Assembly: GCA_016712625.1 (NCBI GenBank)
Contig: JADJQQ010000031.1
Span: forward strand, 83,634-115,633
Reading direction: 5' to 3'
Length of the DNA stretch: 32,000 nt
Source: Candidatus Competibacteraceae bacterium
GTDB lineage: Bacteria > Pseudomonadota > Gammaproteobacteria > Competibacterales > Competibacteraceae
A program made the position numbers and the translations under genes. Of this stretch, positions 1-8,252 are shown one piece after another. Under the pieces are notes generated by a model. That model was not told the origin of the DNA. It worked only from the letters and a program-made list of their open reading frames with translations, and searched no databases. How positions within the stretch are numbered: position 1 is the first letter of the stretch; each line of letters begins with the position of its first letter.

Positions 1-297
1 TGCGCCGCCGTCGGGAGAGATGGTCGGTGCCGGTTCCGGTTCCGGTATCGACCCCACCTGTTCTGGGTGCGCAACCAACACATCCCGGATGTATGCAGCC
101 AGGTGCAGGTGATTGGCGTGTACCGTCGCTAGGACCTGCAAGGCACGCTCCGGCGTCAATCCCTCTGGGTCGGACAGGAGCGGCAGTTGTTCGATCACTC
201 GTAGCAGGGTGATCGCCGCTTCCAGCCGCTCGGACGGCAGTTCGCAAGGGACACCGACGGCGGGTTGCGCGAAAAACGGCATCGGGTGAGCAGACAT
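1..297 (-). CDS. hypothetical protein, N-terminal 99 codons only (ORF runs off the left edge of the window)
   Basis: ATG at 297 with GGAG 8 nt upstream. There are 99 stop-free codons to position 1 (MSAHPMPFFAQPAVGVPCELPSERLEAAITLLRVIEQLPLL...). It is co-directional with the PRTRC genes. It is absent from the ORF track because no stop lies inside the window. No recognisable motif. Confidence 0.35.
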   Translation of the reverse strand, partial: MSAHPMPFFAQPAVGVPCELPSERLEAAITLLRVIEQLPLLSDPEGLTPERALQVLATVHANHLHLAAYIRDVLVAHPEQVGSIPEPEPAPTISPDGGA

Positions 298-611
298 CGA
301 GCGATCTCCGGCGTGATGTTTCGAGCATCGCATCGACAGCCGAGTAGGCAAGTGCTGCGCGACCTCCGCCAATGTCGAGTGGTCGGCAGGGCATTTTTTG
401 AGTCTGTCAATTTTTCGACCGATGCTGCTCGCCGATGAGCCCTGCACCCTTAACCGGTGAAATTCCTGCCGCTCGCGATCACCGGGCCGAATGCAGTGCA
501 GGGGTGTCTTGATCCGGTCGCTTCAGGCCAGTACCGGTGTCGGATCAAATAGGTCCTCTTGCCGAGGCGCAGTGTAGAAGACTGTTTCTTCCGTTGGCAT
601 GGCGGCTGTTC

Positions 612-932
612 CTAACGATTGTGGTGCAAAAAATCGAGTAACCGGCGCAAGCCATGATATTTTTTCTTGCCCCGCCCTCGTTCGGCCCAGACGCCGGTGT
701 GGGGCCAGACATCGACCAGCGGACAACGCGGCCCCCCGGCGATCAGGTGCGCACCCGCGCCGTGGCTGTAGAGCGGGATGCCGCCCGCTACCAGGCGGCG
801 GTAGGCGGAATGGCACCGGTCGCGGTCGGTGCGACGCCGCCGAGGCAAGGCGCGGTCGGGCGGCGTGTGGGCCTCGGCCCGGCGCGGTCGGCGGCGGGTT
901 GGATCGGGGTAATAAGGGGCAGAGGATGGCAT
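612..932 (-). CDS. hypothetical Arg-rich small protein (106 aa), possible extra gene downstream of the PRTRC ThiF gene
   Basis: This is the distal part of the 612..1454 ORF. An internal ATG at 932 has GGAGA 7 nt upstream and lies 71 nt downstream of the ThiF stop. Third codon positions are mostly G/C, as in neighbouring genes. No recognisable domain. In DNA this GC-rich it could be a chance ORF. Confidence 0.3.
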   Translation of the reverse strand: MPSSAPYYPDPTRRRPRRAEAHTPPDRALPRRRRTDRDRCHSAYRRLVAGGIPLYSHGAGAHLIAGGPRCPLVDVWPHTGVWAERGRGKKKYHGLRRLLDFLHHNR

Positions 933-967
933 GGGCGTTCTCCGGTGGAGGGCATGGCCGTCCGGGT

Positions 968-1015
968 ACGGGGACGGATTTAACGACGCGGACGGGGACG
1001 GATTTAACGACGCGG
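968..1015. repeat. perfect 24-bp tandem duplication (ACGGGGACGGATTTAACGACGCGG x2) spanning the ThiF stop codon
   Basis: Read directly: 968-991 and 992-1015 are identical. The TAA stop of the ThiF-like gene (rc of 1004-1006) lies in copy 2. Confidence 0.9.
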
Positions 1016-1780
1016 TGGCCAGCCGAAGCTGGCCCAGATCTGGGGGTCGGCGCGCAACGGGCGGACGCTCAAGGTGGCCAAATCGACGAACGCCCCGTGC
1101 GTATCGAGCCGCCCCTCGCGAAACAGGCGCCACAGCAAGGTCAGCGCGATGTCGGCGACGATCCGGTTTATGGGGAGTGCTTGCCGAGCCAGTGAGTCCG
1201 CTGCCGAACAGGAGGGCGCACGATGGGCCTCGTTGAAGGTGGCCAGTTCGGGATAGAGCTGAAACACGTTGGGCACCCAGCCCGCACCCGTCCGCGCTCG
1301 CCAGTGGCCCAAAACCACTTGCGCTTCGTGTTCGTCGTTGCCCGCATCCAGCCACCCGATGGGGTTCGTGATGGCGCGTGAGAGCGCCTGTGTCCGTCGT
1401 CCCAGATCGGCACGCACCGACGCGCGATCCACGGCGGTGATCAGTAGATCGCACGCGCTATCAGCGATCCGCCGGAGAGCGAACCGGTGTGGAACCGCCA
1501 CCCAATCCAGCCCCAGCGTCAGATTGATGCGCTGGATCAGGGTTTCTGCTTTGTTTTGGCCGATCTCTCCTGGCCAGAACGCCTGGCGACCGATGTTCGC
1601 CTCACGTACTCGGTCGGGATCGAAGACCGTGACGTGTAATCCGCCCGGATGGCCAAGCGCACGCAGGGCATGATCCAGGGCGGCCAGCGCGCCAAACAGA
1701 TGCGAGCCGGTGCCGCCCGCACCGATCAACCACACCCGCACCGGGCGGTGCAACCAGCTCTCAGGAATCTGTAAGGCCAT
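1004..1780 (-). CDS. PRTRC-system ThiF/MoeB/E1-like adenylyltransferase (258 aa)
   Basis: ATG 1780 with GGAGAA 5 nt upstream. Rossmann loop VWLIGAGGTGSH and an ANIGRQ motif are typical of ThiF/E1-type enzymes. It is the terminal gene of a ParB...ThiF cassette. Confidence 0.85.
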   Translation of the reverse strand: MALQIPESWLHRPVRVWLIGAGGTGSHLFGALAALDHALRALGHPGGLHVTVFDPDRVREANIGRQAFWPGEIGQNKAETLIQRINLTLGLDWVAVPHRFALRRIADSACDLLITAVDRASVRADLGRRTQALSRAITNPIGWLDAGNDEHEAQVVLGHWRARTGAGWVPNVFQLYPELATFNEAHRAPSCSAADSLARQALPINRIVADIALTLLWRLFREGRLDTHGAFVDLATLSVRPLRADPQIWASFGWPPRR

Positions 1781-1843
1781 TTGCTTTCTCCGCTGTTAGG
1801 GATGCTTTTAGCATCGCATCCGTGTCGCTTCGGGCAAGCGGCA

Positions 1844-2503
1844 TCACGTCGTGATGAAGGGCCAACACCAGCGCCACACGACCAGCCGCCAGACCTCTGT
1901 TACGGTCTCGATGGTTTCGCGGCGACCGAACCCCACGGCGACATACACCCCATCGCCGCCGGTGGCGTCCGCTACATCGTCCTGGGCGGAGAAGGTGGCC
2001 TCCCCGAAGCCATGCGAATGAACGTGCAATACCAACTGCGCTTGAAGCGCTATTGGCAGCGGTTGATAGGCAATATGACCGGCATCGCGGCGCCTGATCG
2101 GCGGCTCAAATACCCGGTAGGTCGTGCCATCGTGCGGCAGGTAGGCCGCCCATTCCCAAGGGCAGGCAGCCACCGCGCGGCGCTTGAGATCATGCCAAAG
2201 CGAGGGCGGCGGCGGTGCGTGTCGTAAGCGCACCCCGATCCGAGCCGACCCATACGGCAAGCCGTCGGGCAGCGTTGCCAGCGGCAGGCTGGCTTCCAGG
2301 GCGGCGGTGCGTGTCTGGACGAACAGGCCATTGCGCGCCAGCACGTAGCGCGACCGCCCGTCTGCCAGCGGTGGCAGCGGTTCACCGCTGGGCGGCTGAA
2401 TCAGGGTTTCGGCGGCGGCGCAGCGCCTGATCGGCGGCTCGAACACCCCGTAAAATAAGGGGGATTGACGGGATTCACTGCACAATCTCCTCAACCCAGG
2501 CAC
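1844..2503 (-). CDS. PRTRC-system protein A, JAB/JAMM-type metallopeptidase domain protein (219 aa ORF; start uncertain)
   Basis: HSHGFGEATFSAQD matches the JAMM signature HxHx7Sx2D exactly (rc of about 1976-2026). It sits between the E2-like and E1-like genes. The only in-frame start in the ORF is GTG 2503, which overlaps the upstream gene by 29 nt and has a weak RBS. Confidence 0.8.
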   Translation of the reverse strand: MPGLRRLCSESRQSPLFYGVFEPPIRRCAAAETLIQPPSGEPLPPLADGRSRYVLARNGLFVQTRTAALEASLPLATLPDGLPYGSARIGVRLRHAPPPPSLWHDLKRRAVAACPWEWAAYLPHDGTTYRVFEPPIRRRDAGHIAYQPLPIALQAQLVLHVHSHGFGEATFSAQDDVADATGGDGVYVAVGFGRRETIETVTEVWRLVVWRWCWPFITT

Positions 2504-3206
2504 TCAATGTCCGATGGAAGGACGCGAGTGCGGCGCTCGGAAAATGGGCTGCGCCGTCTAGCCGTTGCCAAAAAGCAAAATGGGTTTCGGTGCCGATCCG
2601 CTCTTGCCCAGCCAGCATGAGCGTGCGGTCATGACTCACATGGCTAAAATGCGTGTCACAGACGGTCGCTTCCCACGCGGGAAGGGCGGTAATCGCCCCC
2701 TCGGGCGGTGGCTCGGCATTCCCCAGACACACCGCACCGTGGGCGTTGACGTTCATGAGCGGGGCATGACAGAGCATCGTGTTCGGTTGGGGGCGACCAT
2801 TGCGGGCCAGTGCGGCGCACCAGAGATCACGGCCCCGCGCCACGAACACTAAAGGCGGCCAGGGCACGCGAAAACCGAAGCGTTCGCCGTGCAGTAAAAA
2901 CCAGATCGGGGCGATGTGGGCGCGCCGCCACCAGACGGAAAAATCCCGGCCGCGCGCCAACAAGGTGTTGGGAAGCCACACGGTATCGTCCACCGGGGTC
3001 TGATCGGCGAGTGTCGCCAACCAGCCGTGCAGGTCGCGGTGGGTGAGGGGCCGACCCGCGCCGATGACCGACTGGCCGGAACGGGTGGCCCGTAACGGGT
3101 GAACGGTGGCGAGCAGCCGCCCTTGGCAGGTGTAGAGCAGGAATGCGGCGCGCGGAACGGGCAGATCGGGCAGATCGGGCAGCATGGTGAGTGACATGAT
3201 GGCCAT
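2475..3206 (-). CDS. PRTRC-system protein B, E2 (UBC)-like fold candidate (243 aa)
   Basis: ATG 3206 with GGAGG 7 nt upstream. The segment CHAPLMNVNAHGAVCLGN resembles the E2 HPN...G-x-[IV]-C-L active-site region. It occupies the expected position in the PRTRC gene order. Confidence 0.75.
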   Translation of the reverse strand: MAIMSLTMLPDLPDLPVPRAAFLLYTCQGRLLATVHPLRATRSGQSVIGAGRPLTHRDLHGWLATLADQTPVDDTVWLPNTLLARGRDFSVWWRRAHIAPIWFLLHGERFGFRVPWPPLVFVARGRDLWCAALARNGRPQPNTMLCHAPLMNVNAHGAVCLGNAEPPPEGAITALPAWEATVCDTHFSHVSHDRTLMLAGQERIGTETHFAFWQRLDGAAHFPSAALASFHRTLSAWVEEIVQ

Positions 3207-3290
3207 CGGAAACCTCCAAAACGGGGACGTGAGGAGCGGCTAAACGATGATTCAGCCTCTCACGGAATCAGCATCAGGCCAGACGGCGTC

Positions 3291-4511
3291 CTATTCAAAG
3301 GGCAACCCCTGGGCGGCGGCGTCCGCTTGGCAGGCCCCGATCAAAAGGCCCTGGCCAATGGCGAAGGCCAGCAGGGTCTCGTACAGCGCCGGGGTGTCCG
3401 GGTCAGCGCGCAAGGCCCAGCCGCACCCTTCGCTGTTGGAGAGATATTCAACTGATTCTTCCAGCCAGGTCGCTTCCCACGGCTCGTTGAAACCCAGAGG
3501 CTGGCCATAGGCCAATGGCTCCGCATCCGTCTCCACCAGGAGCGCCTGTGCGGGCGATTGCGGCCAGCGTCGGCAGGCGCGGCGCAAGGTCAAGACCGCC
3601 CGCCGCAGCCAGCGACACCAGGGCGTTGAGGCCAGACCGGGCCGGCGTCGCCAGCGCCACAGTCGCCGAAGGAGGCCACAGAGGATGATCCTGTCCTCTG
3701 GCGGGTGGCCTCGCGCGTGCCAGCGTCGCAGCCAGATCGGCTGTGGCTCATAAAAGGCGGTCTGTTGCGCCCACCACCTCTCGAACTCGTCTTGATCGTT
3801 CCAGCCAAACCAATCCGACCACGCCTCGTTTTCGCTGGCCGCCGCCCAACGGGTACCGGGATCGGTGTGACCCAGGGCGGCGATTTCGTGGTAGGCGGAT
3901 GCGGACTCATCCGCCCAGCAACCCGCCCAATCGCGCAACAGGACGCATTCGGTCAGGCGGCAGCCGATCAGGGAGAGCGTCTGCGCCACCGCCACCGCCA
4001 CCGCGGGTGGTAGCTCGTCCAGATGGAAGGTATGGGGCCAGAGATTTTCCAGCGCCAGAAACAGAGACGGGTCGTCGTCGGTATCGACCAGAGTGAGGGT
4101 GGCAAACGGCGCCCAATCCGGCATTCGGGCGGGGTCGAGGACGCAGCGGCGGGCGGTGGCCTCGATCCAGACCGGCAGTCCGCTCAGCGCCTCGCCCAGT
4201 AACCGATACAACGCCGCATTCGGCGTGGGACTGTCGAAGGCCGCGTCCAACGCGGCCTCGGTGAGCCAACCGCCCTCCACGGCCAGCCGCAGCAGCGCCG
4301 CCACACACCGCCGACGCGGATGAAGCCAGGCGTGGTAAGCCCCCTCGCGCAGCCGCGCCCAGGCGAGGCCCGTGAGATCGCGCGCCCGCCGGGGAAGCCG
4401 CAACGGATTCACGGGGGCGGCAGCAGGTGGGGCGGCAGATCGAGCGCATGAAGGCGGCGGCGTTCGCCGCCGGGTAGCGGGTCGAACAGGTGTTCCAGTC
4501 GATGGCGGCAT
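3291..4511 (-). CDS. PRTRC-system protein F-like (406 aa from ATG 4511; ORF extends to GTG 4577)
   Basis: Long ORF in the position of PRTRC protein F, between C and B. ATG 4511 has GGAGA about 7 nt upstream. Trp- and acid-rich sequence (WSDWFGWNDQDEFERWWAQQ). The assignment rests on synteny only. Confidence 0.6.
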   Translation of the reverse strand: MPPSTGTPVRPATRRRTPPPSCARSAAPPAAAPVNPLRLPRRARDLTGLAWARLREGAYHAWLHPRRRCVAALLRLAVEGGWLTEAALDAAFDSPTPNAALYRLLGEALSGLPVWIEATARRCVLDPARMPDWAPFATLTLVDTDDDPSLFLALENLWPHTFHLDELPPAVAVAVAQTLSLIGCRLTECVLLRDWAGCWADESASAYHEIAALGHTDPGTRWAAASENEAWSDWFGWNDQDEFERWWAQQTAFYEPQPIWLRRWHARGHPPEDRIILCGLLRRLWRWRRRPGLASTPWCRWLRRAVLTLRRACRRWPQSPAQALLVETDAEPLAYGQPLGFNEPWEATWLEESVEYLSNSEGCGWALRADPDTPALYETLLAFAIGQGLLIGACQADAAAQGLPFE

Positions 4512-4604
4512 CGAACATTCTCCGCGAAAACGGGTCGGTCCAGCGGGTCGGCGAGCGCGGGCAGCGCCCCTTCGCACGCCCAGGCCCGCAAGCGATCCAG
4601 GCCA

Positions 4605-4820
4605 TTAGCCATTGGTCTTGACCGGGGGCTTTTCGATGGGATAAACCCACACGCCGTCACGCTCGTAGGGTTCGCCCAGCAAGGCGTTGGCACAGTGTGG
4701 ATAGGTCGGCGCAAAGGCTTTCACCGCCTCGTGGGGCGATAAGGACGGCGCGGGGTCGGGCAGTTCGAGGCTGCCGATTTGAAAGCGACGGATCAAGGGT
4801 TGCACGGTCAGCGCGGTCAT
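4605..4820 (-). CDS. PRTRC-system protein C, small ubiquitin-like candidate (71 aa) ending in Gly
   Basis: Internal ATG 4820 with GGAGAA 5 nt upstream. The product MTALTVQPLIRRFQIGSLELPDP...EKPPVKTNG ends in a C-terminal glycine. Size and position match PRTRC protein C. Confidence 0.7.
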   Translation of the reverse strand: MTALTVQPLIRRFQIGSLELPDPAPSLSPHEAVKAFAPTYPHCANALLGEPYERDGVWVYPIEKPPVKTNG

Positions 4821-4846
4821 CAACTTCTCCTGATCATCAAGGGGGC

Positions 4847-5287
4847 TCAAAATAAACTGTCGGGATTCACGGTGAGATCGACGGCGGGCTGTGAGGTCGC
4901 CGCCCCGGCTTGACTGACGGCCTCCGCCGGGGCGGATTCCGGCGGGTCGCATGGCGCTCGCTTCGTTTGGCTAGCCTGTCGCGCCTGCCGCACCGCTGTC
5001 TCCAGGGCCGCCAGGCCGTCCGCTTCCATGCGCAATGCCGCGCGCTGGCGACCGTACCGCGCCAGGGCGGCGGGCAATTCCTGATCCAGCGCCGCTGGCG
5101 TTCCCCGCACGACCAAAGGCTGGTGCAGGGCCTCGCGGGCCGCGTGCAGCGCGGGATCGCTGGCTGCCGCCGAGGGCTTGAGCTGCGGCAGCACCAGCAC
5201 GGTCAGTACCGCCCCCTCACGGCGGAGTTCAAAATGCAGCGTTTCTTCCGCCCCAAGACAGGTTGCCAGTACGCTAAACAGAGCCAT
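4847..5287 (-). CDS. PRTRC-system protein E-like (146 aa)
   Basis: ATG 5287 with GGAGA 6 nt upstream. The product begins MALFSVLATCLGAEETLHFELRREG and has an Ala/Gln-rich C-terminus. It is the first gene after parB, as in PRTRC cassettes. Confidence 0.6.
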   Translation of the reverse strand: MALFSVLATCLGAEETLHFELRREGAVLTVLVLPQLKPSAAASDPALHAAREALHQPLVVRGTPAALDQELPAALARYGRQRAALRMEADGLAALETAVRQARQASQTKRAPCDPPESAPAEAVSQAGAATSQPAVDLTVNPDSLF

Positions 5288-5412
5288 TACGATCTCCAAT
5301 CGGTTGATATAATAGTATTTTTTCATAAGACCGACGTAGGGCAAGCACCGGCGTCGGCGGTAGGGTGTGAGGAGGTGAGCGCCTCATCGGGTGCTGACGC
5401 CGTAGGCCCGGT

Positions 5413-7209
5413 TCAGGACGCCAGGCGTTGAAAGCGCGTTGCGATGGCGTCGGGTAGCCAGGCCGAGAAATCGAAGGTCGTTTGTTCCAGCGCGGCGATC
5501 AAATCAGCCAGTTTGCCGTCGATCAGCCGGTCAAAGGCTTTCGTGTCCGTCGGGGATGGGCGCTGGGTGCGCCCATACCACGCGGCGAAGGTTTCTTCCG
5601 TCGGTGAACGGGCGCTACGGAGCAAGCCCTCGATAGCCGCTTTGGTCTGTGCGCGCCAAAACGTCGTATCCGGGCTAAAGGCGCTGGTAAGATCAATGTG
5701 AGCGACCGCCAGCGCCGTTTGCGCCGCCTGCACTGTCTCACTCTGACCTGGAAGATCACCGCGATTGGCGTCCCGATGGCGCACGAGGTGCTGCACCAGG
5801 GCGAGGCGCAGGTGCTCTTTTTGATCGGTCGTCAGCGGATAAAAGGCTGCAATCAGACCCGCGTGCCGTTGTAAAGGCGCGGTCTCCGTCAGGCCCACCG
5901 CCAGCAGGACGCTCCGTGGCGCTCCGGCGTCGCGATACAGCGCCGCCAGCGTCCACGCCGCCAGGAGAGCGGGATCACGGCTAACCGCCTTGGCGGCTTG
6001 GTGGCGTACCCACCCATCGATCCATACCTCCACTTTCTTTGGGTTGCCCGCCGCCCGCGGTGGTGGGGCCGTCACGGGCTGGGCCACGGGCCGGACATCG
6101 ACGGGGGAAGGGGTAGCGACCGGATGGGCGGCAGTGACTTTCTCGTGGTGGCAGGCCCGATCAGTACACAGCGGGGCCTCGACCCCGCCTTCCTGGCCGG
6201 GTTGGCTGGACAAACGCGCCGCGAAAGCGCGACAGGTCTGACAGGCGGCGAACTGGGCGGCCCCCACGCCATTCGACCCCGTGGCGGCTAGCGTCGTCCA
6301 GGTGTTCGGTGCGCGTTCCGTATCCAGAAACACCGACGGATACGTGGTTTCCAGTTCGGCTTTTTTCGCCAAAAGCGCCTGGCGCGTTTTTTCCGCATGG
6401 CAGGCCCGGTTCTGGCAGCGGCCTTCGCCCACCGCGTCGGCAAACAGCGCCGCCTGGCGCGTGGAATGATGCGGACAGGTCGCGCAGTCGGTTTTGTCGA
6501 AAATCGCCGCGTTCAAATCAAGCGCAAAGCCACTGATACGCGCTTTGAGCGCCGCCACTGAAATGGCATCGCTCAAGATTTTGGCCAGCGTGCCGGTCTG
6601 GGTCGCTTCCGGCAGGCCCGCCAGCAGCTCCGCATGACCGAGCTTGATCCGGCGTTGCGTGAGCGCCTCCAGCACGGCGGGGGCCGCGTGCAACAGCAGC
6701 AGACGCGCCTCCAGCTTGGGCAACGACCAGCCCAGCAGCCGCGCCGCTTCGGCCCGATCCCCTTCACAGTCCCCCACGAACCGTTGCGCGAAGCGCGCTT
6801 CTTCCGCCGCCGAGAGGTTAACGCGGAAATGCGGGTTGTTTTCCAAGTCTGCCAGCACCAGCGCCTGACGCTCATCGGCCAGACGAACCGTGACCGGCAC
6901 GGCGGACAGACCGACGGCGCGCGCCGCCCGTAACCGCCGTTCACCGGCAATCAGCCAAAAGCGCGGTGCGGCGGGATCATAGTCCGGCGCGGGCCGCACC
7001 CACAGTGCCTGCTGGACGCCATGCCGCTCGACCGACGCCACCAACGCGGCGAACTCGGCGTCCTCGAAAAAGGTGCGCGGGTTAAACTCTGGCCGAACCG
7101 CGATCCAGTCCGGCGGCAGATACAGTAACTGCCCATCGACGGCGATCAGGGGCAGGGTGGGCGTCATCACGGGTAGGGCGGGCATCACCCTCGCAAGCGG
7201 GGCATTCAT
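5413..7209 (-). CDS. parB: ParB/Srx-domain protein, PRTRC-associated ParB family (598 aa)
   Basis: ParB box LIAGERRLRAARAVGL (GERR motif) in the N-terminal third. A long C-terminal extension carries two C-x2-C...C-x4-C-H modules. It is the first gene of the cassette. ATG 7209. Confidence 0.85.
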   Translation of the reverse strand: MNAPLARVMPALPVMTPTLPLIAVDGQLLYLPPDWIAVRPEFNPRTFFEDAEFAALVASVERHGVQQALWVRPAPDYDPAAPRFWLIAGERRLRAARAVGLSAVPVTVRLADERQALVLADLENNPHFRVNLSAAEEARFAQRFVGDCEGDRAEAARLLGWSLPKLEARLLLLHAAPAVLEALTQRRIKLGHAELLAGLPEATQTGTLAKILSDAISVAALKARISGFALDLNAAIFDKTDCATCPHHSTRQAALFADAVGEGRCQNRACHAEKTRQALLAKKAELETTYPSVFLDTERAPNTWTTLAATGSNGVGAAQFAACQTCRAFAARLSSQPGQEGGVEAPLCTDRACHHEKVTAAHPVATPSPVDVRPVAQPVTAPPPRAAGNPKKVEVWIDGWVRHQAAKAVSRDPALLAAWTLAALYRDAGAPRSVLLAVGLTETAPLQRHAGLIAAFYPLTTDQKEHLRLALVQHLVRHRDANRGDLPGQSETVQAAQTALAVAHIDLTSAFSPDTTFWRAQTKAAIEGLLRSARSPTEETFAAWYGRTQRPSPTDTKAFDRLIDGKLADLIAALEQTTFDFSAWLPDAIATRFQRLAS

Positions 7210-7384
7210 CAGAGAGAACTCCGGTGGGGAAAGCTATGTTCAGCATCCCACCAAAGTGGATGGAGGCAAGCGCGGCGCGGCGATCACCCCAACCTGGCTG
7301 TAGGCTTCTCTGAATAGCGAGGCGGTGGATTAACTGGCTGGCGGGTTTCTGAAACCGCGCATGATCGCTAAGGGCAACAAAAAC

Positions 7385-7440
7385 GCATTCATGTATTTCC
7401 ATAGCTACGTATTTGTATAGCCATGTAGATACGTATTTCA
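7385..7440. promoter_or_regulatory. AT-rich segment upstream of parB with three copies of [AC][TC]GTATTT; candidate promoter/operator or ParB-binding site
   Basis: ATGTATTT at 7391, ACGTATTT at 7407 and ACGTATTT at 7431, plus CATGTA at 7390 and 7422. This is the only strongly AT-rich patch between parB (start 7209) and the next ORFs. Confidence 0.25.
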
Positions 7441-7647
7441 GTTGGAACCGATCTGCTTGCCGCCACGGGGTATGGCTCGCTATAGCGGCCGCCTCTTTCT
7501 CCCTAAGCCAGACGGATTGTCGTGTACCGTGCGCGGTGGCACGGGCCGCCATTGGAATGTGAAATTGATGGCAGGGGGGTCTCCTTATCCCCCATCCAGC
7601 ATTCATCCTCGCTTTTATATCATCTCCGTAGGACGCTGTACGCATTC

Positions 7648-8052
7648 ATGCCGCCCTGCCAACGACTATTACTCGCCCCAGCATCCAAGGTGGATTTCTG
7701 CTGCCACATCACCCAAATAGACGGTAGGCGCCTGGAGCACTTGAACCACCGTGGCAAGCGCGAGGCGTTGCTCGCCCGGCAGGCCGGACAACCGGTTTCG
7801 GCTTTGCGAGCGCTGACACTGGACCGCTATATCAGCTCCTTGTTTGAAAGCGTGAACCGCGCGGGAAACACGCCTTGGATTTTGCCGGTGGGTGTCTTCC
7901 ATCGCCGCCGTCGCGGCGTGCCATTTTGTCCGCTATGCTTGCAAACCGAGGGGTTCTGTGGGCACTCTGAACGATGCGCCTGCTTGGTAGGGGCGCTCAA
8001 TCTGGCGGTGATCCAACTGGTAGCGGATCGCTTGCCGGTCGCGGCTTTTTAA
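7648..8052 (+). pseudogene. TniQ-like (Tn7/Tn5053-type transposition protein) gene fragment
   Basis: The ORF part from ATG 7648 contains ...NTPWILPVGVFHRRRRGVPFCPLCLQTEG..., resembling the R-x-x-FCP-x-CL zinc-ribbon signature of TniQ-domain proteins. The usual N-terminal helix is missing and the sequence is nonsense-like after the motif, so it looks decayed or truncated. Confidence 0.35.
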
Positions 8053-8252
8053 CTTTGGATACTGGCCGCGGGCCGCTTCCCATTCCGCCCCAGCCAATAA
8101 TCCGGCCCGCGGATCGGCGTAGCGCCAGCTTCGAAGGACTGGCGAATGGCTCGCAGAACCGCTTTCCGCTGACCTGGTCGGACCGCAAGGCCAAGATCAG
8201 CAAGATCGTCGGTTGGACAGTGTGCGAGGCATTCCCCCGCGGCAGCCACGCG

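Noticed and set aside
933-1454. Upstream part of the 280-aa minus-strand ORF 612..1454, overlapping the ThiF-like gene out of frame.
   Set aside because: It overlaps a well-supported gene in another frame and its sequence is low-complexity. Only the distal 612..932 part, which has its own ATG and RBS, was kept as a low-confidence feature.
7082-7645. 187-aa minus-strand ORF spanning the parB start and the upstream region.
   Set aside because: It overlaps the parB 5' end out of frame, crosses the AT-rich non-coding patch, and has no RBS and no recognisable motif. An internal MEIHECVFVALSDHARF... sub-ORF is not supportable either.
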